From NCBI GenBank assembly GCA_022605425.2, contig JAKIMF020000004.1, positions 806,001 to 870,000 on the forward strand: 64,000 nt of DNA, given 5' to 3'. Positions within the stretch are counted from its first letter, which is position 1. Every line of letters starts with the position of its first letter. The translations under genes and the position numbers were made by a program. The stretch comes from Hamiltosporidium tvaerminnensis FI-OER-3-3. Taxonomy: Eukaryota; Fungi; Microsporidia. The notes under the pieces were generated by a model. That model ran no database searches and was not told the DNA's origin. It saw only the letters and a list, made by a program, of their open reading frames with translations. Positions 13,457 through 26,827 of the stretch are shown piece by piece.

Positions 13457-14178
13457 GTGGAGGGAGGATTATTACATTAAAAACTATCTGCTTGGAAATG
13501 AGCATGCGATATTAATATATTAAATCATGGTTTGAAATTTTTGGTGGGAGTATAACCACACTACATCTTCGGTTGTTCCATGGGAGTTGTTATGAGGAGA
13601 AAAGTCTAAGAAATGGCAAAACTTTTTCTACAAGTTTATTTGCAGTTTTCAAGCAACCAATTTGAAGCACGCACCTGAACTTGCTGGCAATCACCATGTA
13701 AAAGCATGCAAACATAGTCTTGCTTTTTCGGGGTAAAAGACTTAGCGCCCGGGGGAATAAAACAAAAAACCATTTAAAGCCAGTAAAGTTAAGTAGCAGG
13801 TTATATCTGTTGGTATTACATGACACTGTCTCGGTGGGCCGAATGTATGGCTCTGAAACATATCTTAGTTAGAAGTTTATTGGGTTCATAATGTGTAGAG
13901 TAAGCGGGAATGTTGCATAATATTGAAGAAGCCAGGTGGATTTCGGCCTTAGATCACACTTCATGCAGCTGACATTAATTGAATCCGGGCAACCTCCTTC
14001 CTATGTATTAGTGTGTAAATACCTGGTAGATGAAAGGCTTTAAGACGTAGTTATCGCAAGGGGTACTGATGGAGTGCTGGGGTAGAAGTTTTTATGTTAA
14101 ACCTAGAACTGCGTTAATGTCTAATTAAAAATCTTTAACTTGCCACTGTTTTAAAAAGAGGTGATACTTTTTAATAAA
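13457..14178 (+). mobile_element. SINE-like structured repeat, copy 4 (full length)
   Basis: Starts GTGGAGGGAGGAT, is collinear with 49908-50640, and ends GTGATACTTTTTAATAAA. Confidence 0.92.
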
Positions 14179-15500
14179 TTTTTAAATTATTAAAAAAAGG
14201 ATAGATACTAGAGTATATAAATTAAACCTATTATATTTTATTTTCGTCTTTAAATAATATAGTTATAAAAATAGTTTGTTTTAAAATTAAAATAACTAAA
14301 AATGTATTAAGTTCCTTTAAATGATAATATTTTTAATGAGACGATAAAAGATTATAATATTAATTTTTCGAAGGCACAAACTTGTTTTCGAGAATCACCA
14401 AACGAGATAATATTGGTTTTTATCCGTATAAACGGATGAATTTAAAGGAGAAAAGAAAGTTGTTGAAGAGGCAGAAGAATATATAAAATGTAGAAATTTT
14501 TTATCCAAAATATATAAGGAAAAAACCAAGACAAGATTAAATACCGTTTAAGCATGGCAAGATTATAACTGTGCCATATACTGATATCTGCTTAACTAAT
14601 TTGGAAAATTATAAGCACTTCATTTTTTAAATCAAAATTAAAACGATAAGATGCCTTTTCTTTTGATTTTGAAAGAGACATTTTTGATTAAAATACCAAT
14701 CCATTTGAAATTTGAAGAAAGACAATAACAAATTAGGAAATATTTTGAAATTCCAATAATTAAAAACGAGGAAAAATTATCGATTTCTAAACCAGGTTTT
14801 ACAAATAAAAGCGAAAAAATTTCAACCGTTTTTATTTAAATATGAAATCAAATTCAAGTATAACTACACTAATTAGAATTAAACTAAAAATATGAGTAAA
14901 TATTCTACAGTATTTTATTATTGAAGTAGTAATTGCTTACTACATACCTATTAATTTATTCTTTGAGGCTCTTTTTACGATCAGCTTATCTGTTTATTCA
15001 GAACTATATCTATAATTCTACTTTTCTATGATTTGTAAATTGATTAATTAGTTTCAACCTATACTTGCCAAGTAGAATCTTCCTTGTCTGTAAGTATATC
15101 GCATATGAATGAAAATATAAAGTTTTCGTATATTTTTTTTGTTGTTTTATACACGTATCTTCTTTTCACTTGCTCACGATAGAATAGCCTGTACTAACCT
15201 TGATAAATCAAATTATTAGTTGTTTTGTCTGTTTGTATATTATTGAATCTGATGTGTCTTTGTATAGAAATCATCTTGTTGATTATCGAATATATTTATA
15301 ATATTTAAATAAATTATCTAATTAATATGACTTGATTTTAGACTTTACCTATTTTATAGTAAGCTATACTTCTACGTTCGAGTTTAAGGATAAACTTAAC
15401 ACCTCACCACTACACTCTTCGTAGAGTTCGGACCATCTAACTTTTCATTTTCATTATCTCCCTTTACAATTATATAGAAATATATCAGATAAATTTTGCT

Positions 15501-15715
15501 TTCGATAAGTAGTATCACATTAATTTCTTATTCATAATATATATTTATTGGTTTTTCTTGTATATATTTTGAATTTCGATAAGTAGTATCACATTAATTT
15601 CCTATTCATAATATATTTATTGGTTTTTCTTGTATAAATTTTGAATTTCGATAAGTAGTATCACATTAATTTCCTATTCATAGTATATTTATTGGTTTTT
15701 CTTGTATATATTTTT
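15501..15715. repeat. minisatellite, ~73-bp unit x3
   Basis: TTCGATAAGTAGTATCACATT occurs at 15501, 15575 and 15647. Confidence 0.9.
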
Positions 15716-16408
15716 ACTTCCACAAATAAATTGCCATAAATTTTTTATGATAAGTTTTTTTTTTCTAAAGTATAAATATATTCTCATTAAAATAATAAAA
15801 CGAACCAGACAATTCACTTTAAAGTAGTAATAACATATATAGTAGTTACTAATATATTTTTAATATCAAATATCTTCCTTTGAATTCAATTGATTTAATT
15901 AATAAGCAAAAGATCGAAATTACTGTAAATAGACTCTAATTTAAAAAATATTTTTACAAATAAAAATTTAATTTTAATATTAAATTAAACCAATCAGGAA
16001 GTTTTTAAATCCAATTCAAATATTTGCTATATTTTTTTATTTTACAAGACCAATGAATTTATTAATAAATATAAAATTAATTGTTTTGTGTGCTGTTATA
16101 ATCTATTAGATTTTTAAGACTATCACCGTTCATGATTCACAAATTTAGTATTCCGTGTTTTTATTATTATTACAATCAAAATAAGAAATATAAGTTGATA
16201 CATATTATCTCACACGTTAATATAGGTAGATTTTTTGATTTTTGTTTATATTCAGTATTTGATTCTTTAGTTTGTATGCTTATGGTAATATTTATATTCA
16301 AACTGCTCAAAAAAACCTTTTTCTAATCATTTATTATTTAATCATTCTTATTTAACTTCCCTATTTAATCTTTCTTATTTAATTTTTACATTTTATTTAT
16401 ACACATAC

Positions 16409-16820
<412 letters not shown>

Positions 16821-16990
16821 ATACACATACATTATATTCTAATTAAATTTTTCATAATTAACCTTTCATCTTAAATCTTCTGATTTAATTTTTACATTTT
16901 ATATTATAATTAAATTGCTATATTAAACTTGATATGTGTCAAAAAATGATATATTAATTTTAATTTATTTGTATCCGATATTGAAAAATA

Positions 16991-17216
16991 TAAACAAAAT
17001 ACACTTTAACTTTAAAATTATAGAAAGTCATAAATGTATCTTTATCTGATTTTTAAACAAAAATAAACAAAATACACTTCAACTTTAAAATTATAGAAAG
17101 TCATAAATCTATCTTTATCTGATTTTTAAACAAAAATAAACAAAATACACTTCAACTTTAAAATTATAGAAAGTCATAAATCTATCTTTATCTGATTTTT
17201 AAACAAAAATAAACAA
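16991..17216. repeat. minisatellite, 73-bp unit x3
   Basis: TAAACAAAATACACTT occurs at 16991, 17064 and 17137. Confidence 0.9.
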
Positions 17217-17270
17217 AGAATAAAGAAATATAAACAAAAAAGAAGGAAAGAAATAAAAAAATACAAAATA

Positions 17271-17510
17271 ATGAAAAAAACCGAATTTAAAAAAGATAAA
17301 ATTGATTCTTTAGAAAGTAAACATAAAGAAATAATAGAAAGATTAAATAGAGAAAGAATAGAATATGATATAGTATCTAATACTAGAAGGGACCATCCTA
17401 GTGTCTTTAAAACCTTAAAGAAGCAAAGACTTAGCAGATCTGGAACAAGCGGTATGTTTGTTTTTGGTGATAGTAATGTATTAGAAGATTTACAATTAAT
17501 TAAAAAGTAA
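17271..17510 (+). CDS. small hypothetical protein
   Basis: 79-aa ATG ORF with protein-like composition, GC-richer than its flanks. No family recognised. Confidence 0.5.
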   Translation: MKKTEFKKDKIDSLESKHKEIIERLNRERIEYDIVSNTRRDHPSVFKTLKKQRLSRSGTSGMFVFGDSNVLEDLQLIKK

Positions 17511-17892
17511 TGTTTTATTTGTTTTATATTTAAAGATTTAATATTTATAAACTTAACAGATTTATGGATTTTAATATTTAGATTTTACAAACTTAACAGA
17601 TTTAAGGATTTAATAATTTTAATATTTATAAACTTAATAGATTCACGGTTTAATATTTTTAACAGATTTGAGGATCTAATATTTCCAATAATTTTCTATA
17701 AAGAGAGAGTTTAAATATAAAATAAGTATCTTAAAACAAAGATATCTAATTTCTAATGAATAAAAGTAAAATAAAATTTAATTTTTAATTCTATGTTTTA
17801 CAAATAGAAAACCAATTTTATTATTTTTCTTATATTCAATACTTTTTAATATTTATAATAAATATTTGATGAAACTTATGTTTATTTAAAAA

Positions 17893-17988
17893 TTAAGAAA
17901 TTAAGAATTAAGAATTAAGAATTAAGAATTAAAAAATTAAGAATTTAAGAATTAAGAATTTAAGAATTTAAGAATTTAAGGATTAAAA
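17893..17988. repeat. (TTAAGAA)n microsatellite
   Basis: Tandem 7-8-nt units upstream of the formin gene. Confidence 0.85.
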
Positions 17989-18149
17989 AATATTTTTGTG
18001 TTTATTTAAATTTTTAATATGCAAAACAAAAAAAAATATTTTAAATTTCTCTGTTCATTTACAAAGTTAAATTTAAATACAAAAAAAAATAAACGAAACT
18101 TTTATTTATGCATCTTTTCACCCTAAAATTTTTTAAAAAAATATTTTTT

Positions 18150-20753
18150 ATGCGCAGATCACAATCCTTACATGCAATAGACATACAATTTAGAAAAATA
18201 TTAACAGAAATGGGAATATCAAGATCAAGGCAGACCACACTTACAGAGAAACTCTGTCCCAATTCTAAAATGAATATGATAGTTTCTATGCAAAGTATTT
18301 CCAAAAGAGAAGAAAATATTGTTGAGTATTTACAGACACTTTCTGATTTAAATGAGGAAAATAAAAAATATGATAAAAATATTATTGTGTCGTGTAATTC
18401 TTCTACTCCTGCAAATGTACAATCCACACTTCTTAAATTGAAGGCTACTCTTCACAATGGATCACCTGTTTTGTACGAACTGTTTGATTTAAAAAATGGA
18501 CATCAAATTTTGACTTCTACTTTTTTACAAAATTTTTATTGTTGTATAATTGAAACGGTAAATGTTGTTGTAACGCAGCAACCAAAAATGCTTTCAAAAT
18601 TTACGGAACAAAAATTTTTATACAAAATTTTAGATATTTTGTGTGTGGATTGTTTATACGAAAAAATTTCTTTAAATTTTAAAAAATCAGAAATTGAATT
18701 TACTTGCAATACACAGCCTTCATTTTTACATTTGAGTGAAAAAAATTTACATTTGAATAATCCGTTGTTTTCATTTTTAATTTTTTATTTAAAAAATGAT
18801 AAAGAAACTTTGTTTGAGGTGTTGCTGGCACCGTGTAGTCAAACTTTCTCGTCTGGTGATTCATATTTGAGAAATATTATTTTTTATGTTTTGAATATTC
18901 CAATAATTACAAATGAATTAATTTTTTTGTTTCTGTTATTAGAAATTAGAAATTCTGTTGTAAAATTTATTTTTTCGAGTTGCAATTTTGTTGGTAAAAT
19001 GGATGAAAGAATTAAGAATATGAGCAATAAAAATGAAATTAAAGGATTTTTTGACAAAATTAAAGAAATTTTAAATGAAAAAAATAAAAATTTAGAGAAA
19101 AAAAATTTGGAGAATTTACAGAATTTAGGAAATAAAAATAAAGAAAGTTTAGGAAATAAAAATAATAGTTCAGAGACAAGAAATTTAGAGAATTTACAGA
19201 ATTCAGGAAATACGGGAAATAATAAAATAATTAAAATTATTTATAAAAATGAGACGAATAATTCAGATGAGATTTTAGAAATAAATCGAGGGTTATTTTA
19301 TTGTTTAAAAGGATTAGAAAATAAAGATTCTTCTATGTTTTGTGTTGTAGAAATTTTTGTGGAATATTTGTTGATGGGATGGATTGGTACTTTTGAAGGA
19401 CTGAGTAGTAAAATATGTGAAGATTATGTTTTAGTTAAAGAAAATTTAAAACTTTTGGAAGCAAAAATAGAAATGATGGAAATAAACAATAAAAAAATAC
19501 AAAAAATTGAACAAAATCCTATAAAAAGTAATAAAATAGAAATAAAAGAAATTCCGGTTGAAGAAAAACCGAATTCAGGAGAAAAAAATAATTCCAAAGA
19601 AACCTCGAATGTTTTGATAAACGAAGTTTCTTCTGAGTTAAAAAAATTAAATATTTTCAACCGTCCTAAAAGCACGACCGGTCCCAGAAAACTTCCACCA
19701 AGAAAATCTGTAAAAAAAGAAATAAATTTAGATCTTTCTACTTTTGGAAACAAACAATTTATTCCACTTCGATGGACCAAATCTCAAAATACAGCACCAC
19801 TTTGGAAAAATTTAAATTGTTCAAAATACGTTGGTTTGTTTTCTTCATCAGATTTTGAACCGTTTGAAAAAATAAATTCTCCGATTCTTCAAAGTGGAAA
19901 TTTAAATTCAAAAAAAATTAAAGTTATCACAGTTTTTGATTCAAAAAAAGGCAACGCCATTTCCATTGCACTTGGAAGAATAAAAATAAGCGATAAAGAT
20001 GTAAAAGAAGAAATTTTAAAAATAAACGAAACAATTTTTAACGAAAATTTGGTAAAACAATTGATAATAAATTTTCCATCGAACGATGAAATATTAAAAT
20101 TAAAAAATTTAAATTTAAATTCCATAAAAAACAGCAACCAAATAATTGGACGAGCAGAAACTTTTTTCTTGGAATGTTTAGAATGTACAGAAGAAATACA
20201 CAAATCTTTAAAAAAAATTTATCTTAGAATTATATTTCCTAATTCTTCAATTTGTTTATTAAAAAATATAAAATTGCTTTTAGAATGTTGTGTTCTTCTT
20301 TTGGAATCCCAGGTTTTATCAGAATTTTTTGGTCTTTCACTTTGTTGCGGAAATATTTTGAACAACAATACTGCATTGGGAAATGCCAGTGGATATTCCT
20401 TAGAAAGTATAAATGTATTTAAACAAATCAAAGGAACAAACAAAGAAAGTATTTTTAATTTAATCAAATCAAAAATGAAATTTCAAGTAAAAAATACAGA
20501 AATGGAAATTCTCAATAAAGTTTTATTAAATAAATTAAATTATGAAAATATTAAAAATGAAATGAAAGATTTAAAAAAAGTTTATGAAGAAGGTGGATTT
20601 GAATATAAAAAAGAATTTGAATTTTTAAATTCTGAATATGAAAAAATGAGTGTTAAGTATGAAGAGTGTTGTACTTATTATGATGTAAGAATTGATGAAA
20701 AGTTTATTTCTTGTATTTTTAATATTTTTAGAGAAATTTCCGAAGATTTGTAA
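18150..20753 (+). CDS. formin (FH2-domain actin nucleator)
   Basis: FH2 hallmarks: IPLRWTK lasso, FDSKKGNAISIAL and CGNILNNNTALGNASGYSLESI. N-terminal FRKILTEMGI resembles a GBD. The ATG at 18150 lies downstream of the CCC at 18121; the alternative start is 18108. Confidence 0.85.
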   Translation: MRRSQSLHAIDIQFRKILTEMGISRSRQTTLTEKLCPNSKMNMIVSMQSISKREENIVEYLQTLSDLNEENKKYDKNIIVSCNSSTPANVQSTLLKLKATLHNGSPVLYELFDLKNGHQILTSTFLQNFYCCIIETVNVVVTQQPKMLSKFTEQKFLYKILDILCVDCLYEKISLNFKKSEIEFTCNTQPSFLHLSEKNLHLNNPLFSFLIFYLKNDKETLFEVLLAPCSQTFSSGDSYLRNIIFYVLNIPIITNELIFLFLLLEIRNSVVKFIFSSCNFVGKMDERIKNMSNKNEIKGFFDKIKEILNEKNKNLEKKNLENLQNLGNKNKESLGNKNNSSETRNLENLQNSGNTGNNKIIKIIYKNETNNSDEILEINRGLFYCLKGLENKDSSMFCVVEIFVEYLLMGWIGTFEGLSSKICEDYVLVKENLKLLEAKIEMMEINNKKIQKIEQNPIKSNKIEIKEIPVEEKPNSGEKNNSKETSNVLINEVSSELKKLNIFNRPKSTTGPRKLPPRKSVKKEINLDLSTFGNKQFIPLRWTKSQNTAPLWKNLNCSKYVGLFSSSDFEPFEKINSPILQSGNLNSKKIKVITVFDSKKGNAISIALGRIKISDKDVKEEILKINETIFNENLVKQLIINFPSNDEILKLKNLNLNSIKNSNQIIGRAETFFLECLECTEEIHKSLKKIYLRIIFPNSSICLLKNIKLLLECCVLLLESQVLSEFFGLSLCCGNILNNNTALGNASGYSLESINVFKQIKGTNKESIFNLIKSKMKFQVKNTEMEILNKVLLNKLNYENIKNEMKDLKKVYEEGGFEYKKEFEFLNSEYEKMSVKYEECCTYYDVRIDEKFISCIFNIFREISEDL

Positions 20754-20814
20754 TTATTTTTTTTGTTTTATTTTTAATCAATATTTCTTCCAAAATTTAA
20801 ATAAATAATGAAAA

Positions 20815-20940
20815 TATTATGAAATTATTATGAAAGTATTATGAAAGTATTATGAAAGTATTTTGGAAATATTCTGAAAGTATTTTATGAAAGTATTATG
20901 AAAGTATTATGAAAGTATTATGAAATTATTATGAAATTAT
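20815..20940. repeat. 11-bp (TATGAAAGTAT)n minisatellite
   Basis: Tandem units directly downstream of the formin gene. Confidence 0.85.
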
Positions 20941-22778
20941 ACTAAAATATATTGAAAATATTCTATAATTATACTAAAATTATTGAAATTATTTTGAAAG
21001 GATTTGAGTTTGTGTTTAATGAAATAAAGATTCATATGATTTTAGTTGATAAACACGTATTATTTTAATCAGGAAATATTAATTTATTGGTAAGAATGTA
21101 TTACGAATATTTTTAAGAAGATTACTAATAAACAAAATTTGTAATGAAATGATTTTAAAATTTGAAAAGAAATTATTAAAAATTGTATAAAATGTATTTA
21201 AAAATCTAAAGTAAATCGATAAAAAAATATTTTTTAATTTATAAATAATTTCTTGACATATTGTATTTTCTTTCTTATTTTCCTAGAAAATAAATCAATT
21301 TATATCACTTATGTAGATTTAATAAAACATGAAAAATTTGTGTTTTGGTTTGTTACTGTAACATGTTATTTTATAAATTTGTAATTAATATTATAGTAGC
21401 GGTTAAACCCATAGAAACAAACTTTCTTTTACATTCATAAGAAAAAATGCCGAAAATAATCTTAAACCTCATGATCTGAGCTAAAGTTTCTTCACATTTT
21501 CATAAAAAATTTATACTCTCATTTAGTCTTTCATTCTATATTTTCTAGTTTTTCAATTCCAAATTATTACCCGCTTTTAAACAATCTCCCAAAAAAAAAT
21601 TCGACCTTTTTTAACATATCTTCTTCTTCTATTTCATTTACTTTCAATTTTTCAGAACTTTAGCTCTACTTCAATATTCAGTCTGTTCACCTATTTTATT
21701 CCATTGTGTCTTTTTCCCAAAGAAAACTATCCAGATCAAGAATTTTCTTTGTCTGAAAACATTGTTCTTTTGACTATATGCTGTATTATTAATCTATTTA
21801 TTGTATAAATTCTTAGTCATTCTTATTAAAAAAATCATTTGATTTAATCAAGATTAAAGTTCAACGAAGATATTCAAGCAAAATTTTTTTTGTGCAATTA
21901 TTATTGAGAATATAAATATAATAAACAGAATAATGCTAGAAAAGCATCAATTGTATCATACAATTTTTTATGCAACTGTAAATTCATAGAAAAGAAATCT
22001 TAAGAATTTGATGTAATTTTTCTATAAAATGAAAAACTATGGAAAATTTAAAACAAAATTTGTTTGTTTTTCGTTCTATATTAATACAGTCTAGAAAAGA
22101 TTTTTACAAATTTTATTTCAAATATTTTTTTGAACCAAAAGAATCTTTTTAATTGTTTTATGTTCAGTTCTACTCACTATTATTGGTTGTGTAAGTTTTA
22201 TGAAGAAATATTAAGACTCTTTTCTTGCTTGGAGCACTCTTATTAGTGTCTTAGATTCTTTTAATCAATTAAACATTTAGAGGTGAGTCGTCGTCGGGGC
22301 ATTACTGAATTATATTTAAGATATTTCTGTTTAATTAATTTTTTAAAATTGAAATAAAAAAGTTTTTAAACTCATACCAGAAGCTTATGTTTAACCAATA
22401 AAAATGACTTAAGTGTTGATTTTCCTATATTTTTAATATTTCTTCAGGTTTTAAGAAGACTTGAACTTTCTAGAGATATTACGGGTTCTTCACAACAAGT
22501 ATCATTTCTCTATATTTTTCTTTGTGAACTCTTTACATAATTGTTGATAAATAAAAATTTTAAGTAAAAGCTTAATTTATAAATAAATAAGAAATAATTT
22601 TTTATATGAAATTGTTTCTAAATTTATTTGTACATTTGTATATTTTTACTTAAAACTTGAGGTATGATGTAATAATTATAAAACGAATCAAGAAGAACAA
22701 AATATTTCTTTAAGATTTTTCTTTTAATATATTAAGTCTGGTTGTATTTTCCCAATAAATATATAATTCTATATTTCA

Positions 22779-25488
22779 AATTTATTTAATAAAATTCTGG
22801 GTTAAAATAATTTATACAATATTTATGTTTTCTTCTACCTCTTCAACCACTTTTGTCTCTTATTCCAAATCCGACTCTTCATTTATGTTATTGGTCGGTT
22901 CCTCTAGAGTGGTTCCTCCTTGTAAAATAAAGGGTGTATTATATTTTGGTTTAAAATTTTTTGCACCATCTTCCTCTGTTTTCGCTTCTTTTAAAGGGTG
23001 TGTTGGTTCCTCGTGCATCTCTGATCTCATAATAACACCCATTGACGCTCTCTCCCAGCTCTCTTCGGCATTTAGTCTTGGCTCAAGTTCTCTTCGTCAA
23101 ACAGAGGAAATTGTTTCGACTGTCTTCTCAAGTACTATAGACTGAATGTATGCCTCTACATTCATGGGTATTTCTAGTCTTTTAAGATGAGATTTATGGT
23201 ATTTTGTCACAATACCGTCCCAGGTCATCACATAAGGGATTATCTCAACACTACACCTATAAATAAGACCAAACTCATCGGCTAGCAGGTCATATTTCCT
23301 AAGTTTTTCAGTTTCAACTATTTGAAGTGAATCTTGGGAAGTGATTCCTACTTGAATAAGTGTTATCATATTCTTCTTCTTATCTAAAATAAATATGTCG
23401 GGTCTGTTATTCCAAATTTTAACATCAGTTTTTATTCTGGAGTTCACTCTTATCTCTGCATACTCATTATCAAGAATTTCTTGAACTGAGTGACTCCTAA
23501 TTCGTTTTGAAGACCTAAATTTATATCTATTTAAGAAAAGTAAGTGTAGGTATCTAACCACTTCATTATGCCGTCTAGTGTAATCATGGCCTAGCATTTT
23601 TTCACATCGAGTTACTAGATGATCTAGAGTCTTACCAGACTTCCCGCAATGTTGACACACACCATCTGCTCCCCAGAATACATTTCTATCCTGGAATTAG
23701 CAGAACACAGCTTCATTTTGTGGCCTAATATTTCCTCTCTTTAGCCATCTTGAAGAGTCACTAACACTCACAAGCTCATTTTTTCTTGCATTATATAACT
23801 TTATATGGAGTTTTCGTTTTTCTATTTCGTTATATAGTTTTGCAAGTTGAGCTTCTTCTAAACTTTTCTTAGTGACTTCTTTTACCAACCTGTACTTTAC
23901 TTTTAAGAAGCCTTTATATTAGTGCAAGATGGGTTTTATTATTATTCTCCACCTTGAGGATTGCTGCTCGTCTAGTTGATATTTCTTTACTTTTTTCCAG
24001 ACAATCCAAGAGTTGCAGAAGCAATATGTTCGCTTCGCAACTCAACACTATGTAGGCCTCTTCCAAGTTCTGTTCTAGGAAGGTATAAACGCTCTTTACA
24101 TCCTGGGCGGGATGTATCTTTTTTTCACCAACACCGCCGCACTGCATCATCTAACTTGAAGTCAGCCGGTTCAGTCGAAGTACTCCTATATTATAGTTGA
24201 TTAACGATATCGCATGTTGATTGATTGCGAAAATAATTTTTGGTTTAATCTAGTGTGACAAGTCTTTCAACGCTTGATATAAGTTTGTTTGTACTTCTTC
24301 AATGAGCTACGTGTTGGATTCCTCTGCTATCTTCTTTATTCCTAAATATTTGTAAACACTAACACCTTTTAGAAGAGTGCAGTATCTTCACACGTATCAT
24401 TTGTGGCTGACTTTCTTGTTAATCTCTAGCCATCACCTCTAAAATTCCTTTGCCTCGCCTGTCTGCACTCAATGTGGGCTGTCTTTTGAAGGGCTTAAGA
24501 TCATCAATAAACAAGAGATGATTGTGATGGGATTCTGCATCTGTTTGTACTGTCTTTTGTGTTTTTTTTAAGCGTTCGGCTAATGGATCCATCCAACACA
24601 AACAACAATGGTGACAACTATCCCTTGCGGATCCCTTATCATCTTCTTGCTCTGTTTTTTCAGGCCCTACTGATATATCAATTTTCCATTTTGATATAAT
24701 TACCTTAATAAATTTCAGGATCCAATCTGGTAAATTAAGGTTTTCTATGCATTGAGTTAAATAAGCATGATCTATTGAATCATAAGCTTTTTTAACATCA
24801 ATCCATGTTTCTTTATGATTATTTATATACTCTTTATTTAAGGCAATATTCAGTAGAGCCTGCTCTTTCGCTCCCTGCACACCTCTTATCGCCCCTAATT
24901 GGTTCTCTGCAAGCAACCCTCGCCTTTCCACTTCAAGTTGAACGACTTTCGTTACACACTTTGTCGTTAACTTATAGAGGTTGGACATACAAGTGATTGG
25001 CCTGTAGTCAGAGCCTCTTTGCAGGGTTAGTTTGTGAATCAAATACGTAGGCCGCAGTAAAACCAATCAGCTTGAGGTGTTCCTTCTAAACATTAACTTT
25101 CACAATATTATAAATATATTTGTGAAGAGTTGTAAGTTTCTTAATGAAAAAATTGTATATACCATCAATTCCAGCAGCTTTCCAATTGGGGAGCCAATTA
25201 ATGATATTTACAAATTCATCAAGTGAAGGGAACGTGGTCGGATGATTATCTGGTACAAATGGAATCAAATAATCATCATACGTGACTGTGTCATCATTTT
25301 TGTTCCACAATGTAGACCAAAAACTCACAATGTCCTCACGACTAACTACATGCTCGGATTCCACACGCTCAGATAACCCACGATAAAATCGACCTCGGAA
25401 AAGCTTAAACATACGATACTCTTTTCGGAATTGCTTCCTACTTTCATGCATCGTAATTTTTTTCTCGTAAACATTCAAAGACTCATTC
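22779..25488 (-). mobile_element. 5'-truncated, frameshifted R4/Dong-like non-LTR retrotransposon
   Basis: ORF fragments match the 45963-48413 RT/endonuclease protein. The 3' end is TTTTATTAAATAAA. TSD TCTATATTTCA at 22768-22778 and 25489-25499. Confidence 0.93.
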
Positions 25489-25939
25489 TCTATATTTCAG
25501 TATAATTAATTAAATTAATTAAAAATACAAATTAGAAAGGTTGGGATTTGTAATGTTTTTTATGAGAAATTTTATTAATAATTAAATAAATTAAAAGGGT
25601 TAGGATTTTTAATGTTTTTTATGAGAAAGAAATGATTTTAGAAATATTTGATTTTTTTTTAGGAATAAAAATTTTCTTTTTTAAACTTTTATTACTTTTT
25701 ATCTTTTAAAACATAACTTTGAATAAATAATTTTGTATTTTTTTTATTTATTTGTAATTAAAGACAATTAAGATTTTTTATTTTCTGTATTTGATATAAG
25801 AAATATTTTCTGGTTTTTATTCTCTGTATTTGATATAAGAAATATTTTCTGGTTTTTTTTTTTAAAAAATCTTTATTTCAAATATTTTTTTTATTTCAAA
25901 TATTTTTTCTGTTTATAATTAAATCAATGTATCCCTCAG

Positions 25940-26827
25940 ATGTATCATTCTTTCAAACGTAATACAAATATTTCTAAATATTTTCAACAACAAAAAACTG
26001 TAAATTTTGGAATTCCTTCATTAGATAATTTAATAAATGGAAATATACAAGAAGGATCGTTAATTTTGATAAAAGAAGATAAAGATTCTAAATTACATTT
26101 ATTTATACAAAATATTTTTATAGCAGAATGTATATCAAATGAATACGAAGTATCAATATTTTCAAGGGATGTAGAGTTTCCATGTATTCCAGACAAAATA
26201 ACAGAAAACGAATTAATAAATGAAAAAGAAGAAAAAATGGTATTTGCATGGCGATACAACCATCTAAATCCACCAATAACTAAAATGAAATACGATTTAA
26301 CCAAAAAAATGAATTTAAATGACAAAAAAAATTTTAAAATTTTTTACGACACCAAATTACTGACATCTACAATTTTAGAAAATATAAAAAATGTGAATAG
26401 AAATTCTGTTATTTCAATTTATTCGTTTCTTTCACCACTTTGGTTCCATTTTGATAAAATTTCTGATGAAGAAATATATAAATTTCTATTTTCTTTAAGA
26501 AAAACAATCAAAGAGACTAAAAGTGTTTGTCTTGTTTCAATACCTTCGTTTTTTAAAGAAAATATTCATTTTAATTTATATTTTGATATTATTTTTAATT
26601 TAAAATCTTTTTTATTCACAAATATTTGTCCAAATTATAGTTGCATTTTAAATATTGAAAAAATGGTGCCACCGTTTGGTTTAAAAGAAAATGATTTAGA
26701 TTCTTTAAAATACGGTATTTTAATCAAAAGAAATAATATGGTAGTAGAAAAGGTAGTTTTACCCCCTGAAGATATAGTAGGAGTAGAAACTACATCATGT
26801 TCTACAAATATAACAAATCAGTTTTAG
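25940..26827 (+). CDS. ELP4: Elongator complex subunit 4
   Basis: FGIPSLDNLINGNIQEGSLILIKED plus MVFAWRY (Elp4 MKIAWRY motif). CCC upstream of the ATG. Confidence 0.85.
   Translation: MYHSFKRNTNISKYFQQQKTVNFGIPSLDNLINGNIQEGSLILIKEDKDSKLHLFIQNIFIAECISNEYEVSIFSRDVEFPCIPDKITENELINEKEEKMVFAWRYNHLNPPITKMKYDLTKKMNLNDKKNFKIFYDTKLLTSTILENIKNVNRNSVISIYSFLSPLWFHFDKISDEEIYKFLFSLRKTIKETKSVCLVSIPSFFKENIHFNLYFDIIFNLKSFLFTNICPNYSCILNIEKMVPPFGLKENDLDSLKYGILIKRNNMVVEKVVLPPEDIVGVETTSCSTNITNQF

Noticed and set aside
18059-20467. Antisense ORFs over formin (similarly over DPH5, ELP4, the LINE and the 58-kb gene)
   Set aside because: These are shadow frames of real genes, with no motifs or CCC starts.
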